Assembly (NCBI GenBank): GCA_051294375.1
Contig: JBJCIZ010000028.1
Location: forward strand, 1,625,479-1,689,478
Reading direction: 5' to 3'
From: Paraspadella gotoi
Taxonomy: Eukaryota; Animalia; Chaetognatha
DNA: 64,000 bases
The notes beneath the pieces were generated by a model. The model saw only the letters and a program-made list of their open reading frames with translations, did not search any database and had not been told where the DNA came from. Every line of letters starts with the position of its first letter. The first letter of the stretch is position 1. Shown piece by piece: positions 1 to 21,668 of this stretch. Position numbers and translations under genes: made by a program.

Positions 1-180
1 ATTCTAGCTACGCGAACCTGGACTTTAACTTTACGCCCTTAAGATGGGGCGACATGATTTTCTCACAAAAAATAAACAAAAGTCAAAAAGATGCCGGGAA
101 ATGACTGGAGATGGCGTCTCGTTGTGGCTTCAAGGATGTCTACTATTGTCCAGGTGGCGTTAGAGATGGCGTTAAACAAC

Positions 181-318
181 GATGGAGAAAAAGTGATGGG
201 TAATGATGATGGAGAAAAAGTGATGGGTAAAGATGATGGAGAAAAAGTAATGGGTAATGATGATGGAGAAAAAGTGATGGGTAAAGATGATGGAGAAAAG
301 TGATGGGTAAAGATGATG
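181..318 (+). repeat. 27-bp minisatellite (GATGATGGAGAAAAAGTGATGGGTAAA), ~5 copies
   Basis: Direct tandem copies are visible; a mirrored copy lies at ~3955-4065. Confidence 0.85.
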
Positions 319-1385
319 TAGTTTTCTTTTCGTCGTGAACGAATCTTTTTGTTTATTGTAGATTCAACCTTTTTTTCTTTCTGTTTGAAGTTTCTTTTCG
401 TTTAATTAAATTAATCTATTTGTTCCAAATTATTCGCGAGATCAAACCGAAGTTGAGCGCTATTTCTGAGAAATGCGGAGATTTAAATGAATAAATATTA
501 AATAAATAAATAATAAATATAAATGCGAAAATGAACAGAGATTTTTAATTTTTTGTTTATAGTTATATTTATTTTTAAGAATTAATTAAGTAAAAAGCTA
601 TTTACTTTTTCCTTTTACGCTTCGTTAAAAATGGGGAAAAAACGTGGAAAAATATATTCAGGGAATCTGGAAATGACAGCGTCGTCGTCGTCGTCGTCAT
701 CGTCGTCGTCGTCGTCATTGAAATCTTCGTCGTCATCGTCGTTGTTGTCATCATCGTCATCATCATTGTCGTCATCGCTGTTGCGCCGTTGTCATCATCA
801 TCATCCTCATTGTCGTCGTCATCATCATCGTCATCGTCATCATCATTGTCGTCGTCATCATCGTTGTCGTCGTCGTNNNNNNNNNNNNNNNNNNNNNNNN
901 NNNNNNNNNNNNNNNNNNNNNNNNNNNNNNNNNNNNNNNNNNNNNNNNNNNNNNNNNNNNNNNNNNNNNNNNNNNNNNNNNNNNNNNNNNNNNNNNNNNN
1001 NNNNNNNNNNNNNNNNNNNNNNNNNNNNNNNNNNNNNNNNNNNNNNNNNNNNNNNNNNNNNNNNNNNNNNNNNNNNNNNNNNNNNNNNNNNNNNNNNNNN
1101 NNNNNNNNNNNNNNNNNNNNNNNNNNNNNNNNNNCGTCGTCGTCGTCGTCGTCGCCGCTGAATCGATGTTCGCTTCTAAAGTTTTAATTTTCTTTCGCGT
1201 TTCACATTTGGGTGAATCTGTGATTGAACGTTTAAAAGGAGTGATACCGAAGACACANNNNNNNNNNNNNNNNNNNNNNNNNNNNNNNNNNNNNNNNNNN
1301 NNNNNNNNNNNNNNNNNNNNNNNNNNNNNNNNNNNNNNNNNNNNNNNNNNNNNNNNNNNNNNNNNNNNNNNNNNNNNNNNNNNNN

Positions 1386-1421
<36 letters not shown>

Positions 1422-2808
1422 AATTTATTAAGTGAGAAAATCTTCTTGTTTTCTTAAATGAAAATTTGTTTATGGAGAGAGAGAGAGAGAGAGGAGAGAG
1501 AGAGGAGAGAGAGAGGAGAGGAGAGAGAGAGAATCAGAAACAAATTTTCATTTAAAGAAAACAAGAAGATTTTCTCACTTAATAATTGAAAGAGAGAGAG
1601 AGAGAGAGACGAAAGAGAGAGATGAGAGATGAGAGGAGAGAGAGAGAGTCGACAACAAATTCATCTAAGAAAACGTGAAGATTTCTCACTTAATAAATTG
1701 GAATAGGGAGAGAGAGAGAGAGAGAGAGGAAGAGAGAGAGAGGACAGAGAGAGACGAAGAGAGAGAGAGGACGAGGAGAGAGAGAGGAGCAGAGAGTGTC
1801 TTCGGTATCACTCCTTTTTAAACGTCTCAAATCACAGATTCACCAAAATGTGAAAACGCGGAAGGAAAATTAAAACTTTAGAGCGAACGATCTCGACTTC
1901 AGCGGCGACGACGACGACGACGACGTATGATGACGACGACCAATGAGCGTGAATGATGATGACAACAGCGCAACAGCGATGACGACCAATGACGATGACG
2001 GACGACGACGACGGATGATGACGACGACACATGAGGATGATGATGATTGACAACAGCGCGCAACCAGCGATGGGACGACAATGACGATGAACGACGACGC
2101 GACGATGATGACGACGACAGATGAGGATGATGATTGATTGACAAACAGGCGCAACAGCGATGACGACAATGACGATGACGACGACGACGACGATGATGAC
2201 GACGGACAGATGGAGGATTGATGATGATGACAACAGTCGCAAAACAGCCGATGACGACAAGGACGATGACGACGCATGACGACGAAGATGTCGACGACAG
2301 AATGCAAGATGAGGATGATGATGATGACCAAGCAGCGCGAACAGCAGAGACGACACATTGACGATGGATGACGACGACGACGACAACATGATGATGACGA
2401 CGACAATGATGATGACGATGACGATGATTGGATACGACGACGTATGAGGATGATTGATGTGCAACGGCGCACAGCGATTGACGACAATGATGAATGACGA
2501 CGACAACGATCGATACGACGACAAATTGATCGATGACCGATGTACGATGTAATGATGATTGACGACATATGAGGATGATGATGATGACAAGGCGCAAACA
2601 GCGATTGACGACAATGATGATGACGATTGATGACAACAACGGGACGGATGGACGACGAAGTATTTCACAATGACGACCGAGCGACGACACGAAGACGACG
2701 ACGCTGTCACTTCCAGATTTTATATTTTTCCACGTTTGTTGCCCCTTTTTTAACGAAAGCGTAAAAAGGAAACAAAGTAAATAGCTTTTTATTAATTAAT
2801 TCTTTTAA

Positions 2809-3678
2809 GAAAAAAGGGTCATTCAATTCAACTTTAAAATAGGCTAAAATGGGAGTACAAATTCAGAAAGCTGCAGCTCCTGGCGATTCCCGAAAATGAT
2901 ATTCACTTTTAAGCCTAGTTTGATGCATTCTACCCCATTTTATATTCGGTATTTAATTATAATATAAAATAAAAGAAACCTATTGTAAGAGTTGCAGGGT
3001 CAACGAAAAAAGGCCAATCCACCTGATAGTTGGTTTTTGATGATTTTTTATTACTGAATTAGAAAATGTATAGAGAGACATTATTTAAATTTTCAACTTG
3101 CTATCCCTTGAAAATTGAACACGTTTTTTTTAACTACCCTTGAATTCTTTTCTTAACTGAACGCGGTTATCACATAATGTCTCTCATTACATTTTTACAA
3201 ATGTTTAAGATTGGCTAATCAAAATTTTTAATTTCAAATATCTTATTGCAGCGTTTAGGGCTGCAAACTCTTCAAAATTCAGTGTAGATTCATTGTAGCT
3301 CGAATTTCTTTAACCATCTATATTAACTGAAGATTTTGTTCATGACTGGAAAAACCAAAACAGGCAGTTAACGAGATTATTGCTTAATTCTCCCTTCTAA
3401 ATAATCCCACTACCGTGTTTTAACTCTTAACCGAAGAATTTTAACACACAGCATTTGAACAAACCAAATCTTTAGAAAAATGTGCTTACCATTTAACTTT
3501 CACAATTTTGTTATTTAACCATTTAAAAAAATTATTTGAAAACGGAATGATTTACATATAAATAAGAACTGTTATTTTTTTTGTGATTAACTGAATGACT
3601 ATAATGGTATTTCTGAGCGTATATTAGCTCAACACATGCAATGATTACACGTATTGTTATGCGAGATGACCTTTCCTC
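2809..3678. mobile_element. Non-autonomous TIR element flanked by TTAA (Kolobok- or piggyBac-like target)
   Basis: TTAA(2805-2808)|GAAAAAAGGGTCAT...ATGACCTTTCCTC|TTAA(3679-3682). Imperfect ~13-bp TIR. Absent from the homologous left arm, which has a single TTAA at ~575. No ORF. Confidence 0.6.
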
Positions 3679-5651
3679 TTAAAAAAAATATAATTATAAA
3701 ACAAAAAAATTAAAAATCTCTGCTTCATTCTTCGCATTATATTATTATTTATTATTAATATTTATTTCATTTAAATCTCCGCATTTCTCAGAAAAAGCGC
3801 TCAACTTCGGTGCTTTGATCTCGCGAATAAGTTTGGATTAAATTAAGATGAATTTAATGTGAACGAAAAGAAAGAAACTTCAAAACAGAAAAAAGGGTTT
3901 GAATCTACCAATAAACCAAAAAAGATTCGTTCACGAACGAAAAGGAAAACTACACATCTTTAGCCCATCACTTTTCTCCATCATCATTACCCATTACTTT
4001 TTCTGCCATCATCTGTTAGCCCATCACTTTTTCTCCACACATTACCCATTACTTTTTCTCCATCGTTGGCTTTTAACGCCAGCCTCTAACGCCACCTGGA
4101 CCAATTAGTAGACATCCTTGGAATCCACAACGAGGACGCCATCTTCCAGTCATTTCCCCGCCCATCTTTTTGACTTTTGTTTATTTTTTGTTGAGGAAAA
4201 TCATGTCGCCCCATCTTAAGGGCGTAAAGTTTAAAGTCCAGCGTTCGCGTAGCACGGAGAATATTTAGTAAGATGATTAAAAAATTAATCTTTTAAATCT
4301 ATATTGCAATAAGTACATCATTAAGAACATTTCTAGGTATAATAACTTATTGATTTAAACAAAACCTCATTCTATCCTTTTAAGCCTAATCGGAAACAAA
4401 AACCTAAGAAACAAATATTCAATGGAGATTGATAATTCCCCTCCTCCGCCGCTCTTCGGTCTACCTCTCGTCCCTCTCGCCTCTCCCTCTCGTCTCTCGG
4501 TCCTCATCTTCCCCCTCCTACCCATACTCTCTCTCTCTTTCCATCTCCTCCTTCTCCTCCTCTCCCTCTCTTTCCCCCTCCACCCCCTCTCCCTCTTTCC
4601 TCTCTCTCTCTCCCTCTCTCCCTCTCGTCTCCTCTCCTCCCCATCTCTCCCTCTTTCGCATCTCTCTCTTCTCCCCTCTCTCCCTCTCTTCCCCTCTCCC
4701 TCCTCCTCTTTCTCCTCTTCTCCATCCCCTTCTCCCTCTCCCTCTCTCCTCTCCCTCTCCCTCTCTTCCCACATCTCCCCTCTTCCCCCTCCTTTCTCCC
4801 TCTTTCCCTCCTCTCTCTCTCTCCTCTCTTTCCCCTCCTCCCATCTCTCCCTCGCATCCCCTTCCCTCTCTCTCTCCCCCTCCTCCCCTCGCGTTCTCTC
4901 CACTCTCTTTCCTCTCTCCTCTCTTCCCCTCCTCCCCCTCTCTCCTCTCTCTCTCTACCCTCTCTTCACCCCTCTCTCCCATCTTCTCTCCATCTTTGCT
5001 CTCTCCTCTCTCCCTTCCTCCTCCCCCTCTTTCATCGTTCCATCTCTCTCTCTCCCTCTCTCCCTCTTCCCCTCTCCTTCTCTCCCTCTTCCCTCCTCGG
5101 TCTCCCCGCTCCCCTCTCTCCCTCTCACCCCCTCCCTCTCACTCCTCTCCCTCTCTCTCTCTCTCTCCTCGTCTTCCCCCTCCTCTTCCCCTCCTCCTCG
5201 GCGGTCTCTCTCCCCTCTCCCTCTCTCCCCTCTCTCGCTCTCTTTCCCCGTCTCTCCCCCTTCTCAACGCATCCCTCTCCTCCTCTTCCCCCTCCCCTAC
5301 CTCTTCCTTTCTCTCCTCTCTCCTCATCTTCTCCTCTCTTCTCTATCCACCTGGGCCCCTTCCTCCCCTTCTCACCCCTCTCACTCTCTTCCTTTCTCCC
5401 CTCTTCCCCTCATCCCCTCCTTCCCCTCTTCCCCTGCTCTCCTCTCGCTCTCTCCCTCTCTTCTCCCCTCGTCCCCTCCTCTCCCTCTCCCCTACCCCTC
5501 TACTCTTCCTCTCCCTCTCTTCCCTTCCCCAGGACTCCTTCTCCTCGCATCGGATTCTCATTTCTCTCGGTCGGTTTGATTCTCCTCGACAAAATCACAA
5601 CTGCCGCTCGACGAAGGCGACGGCAAGGCGGCGGGAGGCGAGCGCGCGAGC

Positions 5652-5793
5652 CATGGGGCGGGCGGAAGGCGGCAGGGAGGAGGCGGGAGTGCGGGGAGCG
5701 CGCGGAGCCGGCGTAGCGCTTCTCTTCGGAAGTCGCCTGGCAGACCATAAACAGTCTCGTGGATTCAATTTGCTAGGAAAGAAGAGCGACTCT

Positions 5794-5824
<31 letters not shown>

Positions 5825-6953
5825 TCTCTTCGTCTTTCTTCTTCTCGTTTGTCCTACTTCATTTCATTGTATTGAAATTGTATGAAAACTGAACTATAAT
5901 TTTACTAACAGACGAATCGATGGTCACCGGCGGCATGCAGCCGACGCAGCCCGGACGCAGCCGACCGCAGCCGACACGATGGCAAAAACAAATGTAAGAA
6001 AAATCACGAACAGAACGTAAAATTAAGTAAAGCTGTAATCACTTAATTAAAACTAGATCTAACGTTTGCAGCAAGACAATCCCTCCACCTTATCTCTCTC
6101 GTCTCTCTCCTCATCTCTCCATCTCTCTCTCTCTCTCTACTCTCTCTCTCTCTCATCTCTCCCTCCTCTTCTAAAGTCTGAATCCTTCAATTTTAAGTTC
6201 ACCATACAGTTTTATTTTTTATCGTATTTAAAATGTCAAGACATATATTTTACATGCTTTTTAAAGTTTTGGATTTCTTTTTACCACTCAGATCCCGCTG
6301 CCCTCGCTTTAGTTGGTTGATGCTCTTCAAGTCCTAACCTCGTCGAGCGCAGAAGGGCGAAACAAGTGGGAGAATCTCAAGAAAACAAAGCGAGCAACAG
6401 ACTTCGACTCTTAGCGAAGGTTTAAAAAATTCTTTTACAACGCTTAAGACTATTACATTTACAATTATGATTATGACAGTTGCGAAAATAATCTGTATCA
6501 GTAAATAATGATTGTAATGAAAATGATATGATATGATAATGATAAATGATATGATTGTTTTTGGTCAAAATTATTTAAACATTGTGAACTTTTTGGTGAT
6601 CGACCTAGTCCATGGTGATGGATCCTCAAATCTCTGTGTAAGACAAATTATGAAAACCGCTAACTTATTATTTGCAGAGGCAGCCAGAGCGCTCATTCTG
6701 GAGCAATCGAACATTAGCGCCTCCGACTGACAACGACGACGAACGCAAGCAACAAACGACGACGACATCACTTTTCAAGACATCGAATATAAAAGTCGCA
6801 AAATGGAAAGAAAACGGGAAAAACAAAGGGGTATTTTTGAGATAGTTTTGTTGTTTTTGGAAGTTTAAAAACCGGCAAGTCGGGGTCTTGCGCGGATTGA
6901 ACTCTAAAAGTTTCATTCGAGTCCATTTTATACTCTCTCTCTTCCTTCTCTCT

Positions 6954-7000
<47 letters not shown>

Positions 7001-9350
7001 ATCTCATCTCTTCTCTTCTCTCTCTCTCTCTCTCATACTCCTCTCTCTCTCTCTATTCAGACGAGAAACGATTCTTCACTGCCAGTCTTGGAGGAGATAA
7101 TCCATAACAGACATCAATCAGTTACGAAGATGGTCATCGAGGTAAACATTTCAAACACTTAAAAAATATAGATAATATTGAGCGCTGCAGATATAATCTC
7201 TCGAATTTTTCCTTTATTTGTCTAAAAACTTCTATTTGTGAATCCGTACTGATGATCAAGACTAAAAGGCAGTTTGAATATTTGCCTTTTTATGTTCGTT
7301 CTATCTGAAAAAATGATTTCAATTAATCAATATTTTAGCACTAATATTACATCCTTGCACCATTAACCTTAGTAATCTCTAAACCAAATGGCATAAATTA
7401 TTAGATTGCTAATATCATAACCTAATCCAAAAACACTTTATTTTATAATTTATAAGCCTAACCCTAATCCCGAAACGAACGCCTCGTAGGACTCTCCCCT
7501 TTCCTAACCACGAAGCCTAACCTTTAAACTAAATTTTAAGTTGAAAATAGAGCGCTTTTGGAAAATGTGACCCAACTGACATGATTTCTTTTCCTTCATT
7601 CTCCAGTAGGAGGAGGATGCTTTCATACGTTGAGCGACTTACTCCGCGACCATCGGTCGACGCAACGGATCGTCAAGAGGCAGAGCTGAAGCGGAGGGAC
7701 GCAGCCTTAAACTTTATCATACTCATTCGCGGTGTCAGTTGAATCAATTTTTCCCAGACTTATCCAAATGCTTAAAACTTTAAACATTAACTAGTTAATT
7801 TAAGGTCAAGCGTATATTAAGCCAAAATATGCTTCATAGCAGGTAACAATTCTCGATTTCTTAAAAAGTCAGTTTTTAGTATTTTTTATACTAGTTGGGA
7901 CAATACAAATAGTACATTTATAACCTAATACTTTATGAAACACAGGGCGTAGAAAAAAGTATTATGATCACCGAATGTAAAGCCAAAGCGTTATGGAAGT
8001 GAATAAGATTAGATAGGGGAAAAAGTTTTGAATAACAGCTTTCGGGTTCCTGCTAGGTTAAATTTATCTTTGTAAGTGGGTTTAAAGGTTGTTTATTATT
8101 CAGTTCATTAATAGTTAATTTTGAAAATTGGTTGTCAAAGTTTTCATAAATTTTTATCATTCAATAGTTTCTTTTTACAGTTTTTTTCACAAATTTTTCA
8201 ATTACAATTTTTATTTATTATTTAAACAATTTTTTATATCGATGTGTACCAATTTCATATACGTATTTGGGACAACCCTCTCTTTCCTCTTCCTCAGTCT
8301 TAGTGTAGCAATGTAACGGTATTAGTTTCATCTCCTAACCTACCCATTTTTCAGGATCGATTCTATATCCCTGCTCTTCCCTTTTTCTATTCCTCCCCTT
8401 TAACCCGCGTTTTTAAAACCCCCTCCCGCTTAACGCCACCTCCCCTTAACCCCTTAATTCCCCTAACCCGCTGGTAATCCATTCCCCTTTCCCAGATGAC
8501 TGGCAAAGCGATCTTCAAACCGAATGAGATTTCCGGCTCGCACGAAACTTCATCCAGATCATTTTTACTTCGTCGACTTCGAACGCCATCATGCGGAGAT
8601 CGCCGCATTTCATCTCGATCGTCGCGTCTAGGGTTTCATCGGCGTCCGCCTGCGTGGGCGAGGGTTTTAACCTTACCTCGGGGTAATGATCTTTTCTTGG
8701 GTGAAAAAAGGGATTGCCTAGCGGGTGATAGATTTTCTAACCTGTACTCGGTTAAGTGATCTTTTTTGCGGCTGTGAAAGCGTTTGGCTTTATTTGGCAT
8801 AGGATTTTTTTCATCTGCTGTTGAGCGGTAATGATTTTCTAACCGGAAAAGTATTTAGAGTGATCATTAGACTTCCCTAGTATGATTACATATGCGCTTC
8901 TACATATGCATTTTATAAGTACCGGTAATTTCTACAAATATGTGAATAAATAGTTAATTGATACGATATATACCTGAACTTATGAGCATTTAAGATTAAG
9001 TAGGACAGACCAAGGGACCAACTGACCAGGACATCGACTGACTAACCGACCACACAACCAAAAATGGTACTTGTACTAAGTTGTGCACCGGCGTATCCAT
9101 GAATTTAGAGTACAAGTGCCAAAGCTGTTTAAGTTTAAAAAACTATACTTTAAAACGAAAGAATTATTTTAAAACGCTTTTAAATTTAATTAATCGTCAT
9201 TAATCTTCCTCAGATATAATGAGTCGGCAGAACGCTCGACTTCTCAATAACATTTTTCGTTTCTCCCGCCGGAAAATCTTTGCGTTCACCAGGAAAAATG
9301 CACTTATTTTACTGTGATACATCACCACGGCTGTGTGTGGAAAATACCAG
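5652..9350 (+). CDS. FAM20C: FAM20C-like secretory-pathway (Golgi casein) kinase, 5' half; frameshifted, most likely by read errors
   Basis: Exons 7061-7141 (SWRR..HTDINQ), 7607-~7730 (..QRIV..GGTQ-LKL-II), 8496-~8682 ([40 protein letters not shown]) and 9214-9350 (FFVSPAG.LC..GKCTY.CDT..AVCGK) follow FAM20C motifs in order once indels are allowed. Upstream exons 5912-5992, 6292-6419 and 6678-~6830 and the start are tentative. The 3' exons are not seen. Confidence 0.8.
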
Positions 9351-9529
9351 GTGGGGAAGAAGAGAGAACGGAGAGGGGACGAAACAACGAGACCAAACGA
9401 GAGACAATGGAAAAGTTCACACTGGTAAAGGAGGAGAGTATTCTCATAGAGAGATAGCGACGACGGTGAACGAGGAGAGCGAGACAAAAATATAAATTAA
9501 AAAATGGAAAAAAATCCAGAGGAAAAAAA

Positions 9530-9727
9530 GGAGTGGTCTTTTTACATACAATTGAAACATATCTTTTGAAATATGTTTGACACATCTATTCGATAGGAAG
9601 CCAAGGTACTCTGGGAGTGAATAAAAAGAACGAGACTCTGAGAGAGTCTTGATTGAAAGGCTTGCAGGGACCTTCTATGTCATTATCTTGCCAAGAGTGA
9701 GCTGGAGGGCCTTAAACCACCAAAGCT
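9530..9727 (+). mobile_element. Copy of dispersed repeat family A, interrupted at its 3' side
   Basis: Shares GAGTGGTCTTTACATACAATT...CTGGGAGTGAATAAA...GGCCTTAAACCACCAAAGC with 11155-11375. Confidence 0.7.
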
Positions 9728-10372
9728 GAGATATGTCATCTCCCAAATCCTCCGCCCCCCGGGTGCTCTAGGGGCAGGGCCGGCAGGCAGGCTATTCCGA
9801 GGGGAGCGAGTAAAAGTGGTCAATTGGAGGGGGGCCGTCCCGCATTCTGGATGTGCCTCAGTGGGCGCGCCCCAGGGTGGGGTTCCCTTGGACCAACATC
9901 GTTTGGGCTGTCTGATTAGGGCGCCCCTAATGCTTTAGCCCCATGGGGATCGCAAAAAAAGTCGTGCCCACAGAGGGGTACCCACGTGTACAAAAAACGC
10001 TCGCCAGGGCGAGTTAGGGAGAGAGCCAAAGGTTTAGATGAGAAGGAAGGATGATACTTGCTGATGCATGTGTATGGTATCTTGAGAATATGCTCTCCCT
10101 ATCGTGTTACTCTCTCTCTCTCTCTCTACTTCTCTCTGACTTTTGTTTTTCGCTCTCTCTCTTCTTTCTCTTTTTCTCTACGTTTTCTCATGTCTCTCGT
10201 TGCTTTTTTTGCGCTCTCTCTCTGTTATTTTTCTCATCTCTCGTAAATTTTGGTGTCTTGCGTTTCAGAACTTGTTTCATGTAACTGAAATTAAATAATA
10301 CATTGTGGTTGTTCAAATTTTTGTAATTGTTTAACTCCTCCTGGCGGNNNNNNNNNNNNNNNNNNNNNNNNN

Positions 10373-10405
<33 letters not shown>

Positions 10406-11154
10406 CCTTTCCAATTTAATAAGTGAGAAAATCTTCACGTTTTCTTAGATGAAAATTTGTTTCCCGATTTTCATTCTCGCAGAGAAAAACAATTTCTTGA
10501 TAGTATTTAAATAACTTAGTAATGTAGTAGTATAGTATAGTATAGTATCACATAATTGAACAATGAACATAATTGCGCTTTAAACTTTGGTTTAACTTGA
10601 CTATAAAAATACAATGTAGGAAAATGTTAACTAAAAAAAAAATCCAATGTCTTCAACGAAAGAGAATTCAATTAAATACAATATTACTTAACTCTCTTTA
10701 ATTAAATACAATATTACTTAACTCTCTTTAAAAGAAAATATAATTAAAAATGGGTTCGAGAGAACAAAATTGCAAAGAAGGAAAGAAAGGTGAGTAAAAA
10801 TGTATCGTTAAAAATAGAAGCGGTTTTTTTGTTTTCATTTTTTTTTTCTCTTTCTTGTTTTTTTTTTTCGCATTCTTGTCGTTGGTTTTCTCTGGCAGAA
10901 AGTGTTAATCTTTGAGAGGTTGTCGTCGTCGTCGTCGTCGTCGTCATTATCTTCGTCGTCGTCGTCGTCGTCGTCGTCATCTTCGTCGTCGTCATCTTCG
11001 TCGTCCACATGAAAAAGCAACGCATTCCGGAAGACAAAAGGAGAAATATTGCAATAGTTAATAACTAAAATCGCTTTTAATTAGTTATATCCTTCACCTC
11101 TTCAGGACTTTTAATTACATCTAAAGAGTATAGCTAACGAGAAGGTTATATAAG

Positions 11155-11375
11155 GGAGTGGTCTTTACATACAATTAAAACATTCTTTGAAATATTATGC
11201 CCGTTCCTTGATAGGGAAGCCAGTTACTCTGGGAGTGAATAAACGAGACTGTGATTGAAAGCTTTTCTTGTAAGAGTGAAGGAGGCCATAAACCACCAAA
11301 GCCTGTCAAAAGTCAGGGGCAAGATAGCTTATTTATTAAATGAATGGGTTATTTTTATATTGGTTGTACCAATTT
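11155..11375 (+). mobile_element. Dispersed repeat family A (common 3' end ..GGTTGTACCAATTT, variable 5' length; non-LTR retroelement-like)
   Basis: Near-identical 3' segments at 40092-40218 (+), 35997-36180 (-) and 19205-19310 (-). Confidence 0.7.
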
Positions 11376-11430
11376 TATCCATTTGCGATCGGAATTCGTA
11401 TAATAATTTAAGAATTATTAATAATATAAT

Positions 11431-11475
11431 ATGAAGTTGAGACACTAATATTAAATATTAGTGTCTCAACTTCAT
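11431..11475. repeat. Perfect palindrome with 22-bp arms and a 1-nt spacer
   Basis: ATGAAGTTGAGACACTAATATT-A-AATATTAGTGTCTCAACTTCAT. Confidence 0.95.
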
Positions 11476-12096
11476 CTCGATGATAAACGTGAAAACTAAA
11501 AAAATTATGAAAATCCCCTTAACATTAAAATCGTTAAAATTTACTTTACATTATTTAAAATCCAGTCTTATTATTTTTTTAAATTCTTTGGGTCTGTTTT
11601 TCAAAGGGGCGCCGTTTCTGTTCTTAATCCGTGAACCTAATTTCTAACCCTAAACCTAAGCGAATGCTTAACTCAATCCCTCGCCCTAAACGCTATCCTT
11701 AACCCATTTCCTTAACTCCAACCGAGTCTCTAACCCAATTCTCTACTTCAATCCCTTTAACCTAAGGAGGTAAGAACTAAGTAGGCAACCAAGAAGTAAA
11801 TAAACCTCGTCCAACATTGAAAAAAACAAAACAAACAAACAAACAAAAAAAAAGCAAACAAAAACAAAAGAAGAAGGTAATTCCAATGTCTTCTAGATAG
11901 GATTTCATTACGAAACAAAAGGCTGCGCTAGTAGTCGCTTACATTCCAGATTCTTTCCGTATCAGCGAGAATGACAAAAGAGCAACCGAATTTAAGCCGA
12001 AATTTTGGGTCATGTGATCGCTTTTGAAGGTGATCACGTGACTTATGTCACCTTAGTTTTATACCAAATACAAACTAAATTCTTGAAGTATTACTC

Positions 12097-12185
12097 ACGG
12101 ACGGACAGATAGACAGACATACCAACCGACTGACGGACCGACCGACCGAAAAGTGACTTATTGAGTTGCTCCGCGTGTGCACACA
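12097..12185 (+). mobile_element. HINE/DINE-like short element with (GACR)n microsatellite and AAAGTGACTTA..GAGTTGC end
   Basis: Related sequence on the - strand at ~41155-41285; similar GACA/GACC tracts at ~24020-24180 and ~39325-39375. The family assignment is inferred from architecture. Confidence 0.4.
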
Positions 12186-12236
12186 CAAAAATAAAAAAAA
12201 ATATAAAAAAAACCAAAAAAACAAAAGACAAGAAAA

Positions 12237-21030
<8,794 letters not shown>

Positions 21031-21668
21031 GTGTCGATGAAAGGGAAAGCAGGGAGAGGGAGAGGGAGAGGGAGAGAGAGAGAGATAGAGAGAGAGGGAG
21101 AGGGAGAGGGAGAGAGAGAGAAGAAGAAAAGTAGAGATAATTTTTTAAAAAAAATTTTAACCTCAATAGAATCCGATTAAAGTCTTTGAGGAAAAACATA
21201 TTGTCCCATTTCCCCGTATCGCCCCTGCAGTTTTAGTTTACGTGTCACTCTCTCCCTAAATATCCGTGGTAGCCTTTTTTTTGGGGTGTTCTCTCTCCTC
21301 TCTCTCTCTTCTCTCATCTCTCTCTCGATCTCGTACTCTCTCTCTCTCTCCTCGTATCTCTCTCTCTCTCTTCTCCGTCTGCAGACAACTTTATCTCTCT
21401 TAACGATAATCCGTTATACGATTTCTTTACCGCGAAAATTTCGCTTAGGAAATAAAATCCGGCGATTTTTTTTTCTGCTCTCAATTTTTTTTTAATTTAA
21501 AAGAAAAACGAAAATTTTATTATTTTTTTTACAATTTATATTATTTTCGTTTTCGACCGAAAGGTGGAGAAAGAAAACAAAAGAGAAAAGACAAAATCAA
21601 AGACGATGAACTGAAATTTCGAGAATAATTAAAAGTTTCGTCGAAAAGAACGAAAAAAAAACAAATCC

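Larger units (their letters stand above)
8..4253. repeat. Large imperfect inverted duplication (left arm ~8-1470, right arm ~1530-4253), probably an assembly artefact
   Basis: 8-57 (GCTACGCGAACC...GGGGCGACATGA) is the reverse complement of 4201-4253. Also 575-700 matches 2700-2805, 1160-1257 matches 1795-1900, and 1415-1470 matches 1535-1590. The right arm is indel-rich and carries an extra insertion. Confidence 0.85.

Noticed and set aside
631-2710. Long ORFs rich in Ser, Arg, His or Val
   Set aside because: Translations of (TCG/TCA)n trinucleotide tracts and N gaps; open in several frames and mirrored in the duplication.
4367-5892. 385-487 aa Leu/Ser/Pro ORFs (similar ones at 24883-26663 and 33705-35190)
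   Set aside because: Stop-free (CT/GA)n low-complexity DNA, not genuine proteins.
6350-6400. RNKWENLKK resembling a Myb/SANT-like motif
   Set aside because: Too short, and it lies in a probable FAM20C stem exon.
9777-9806. GGCCGGCA..ATTCCGAGGGGA resembling pieces of the HDV ribozyme
   Set aside because: The nested pseudoknot core between the two pieces is missing; likely chance.
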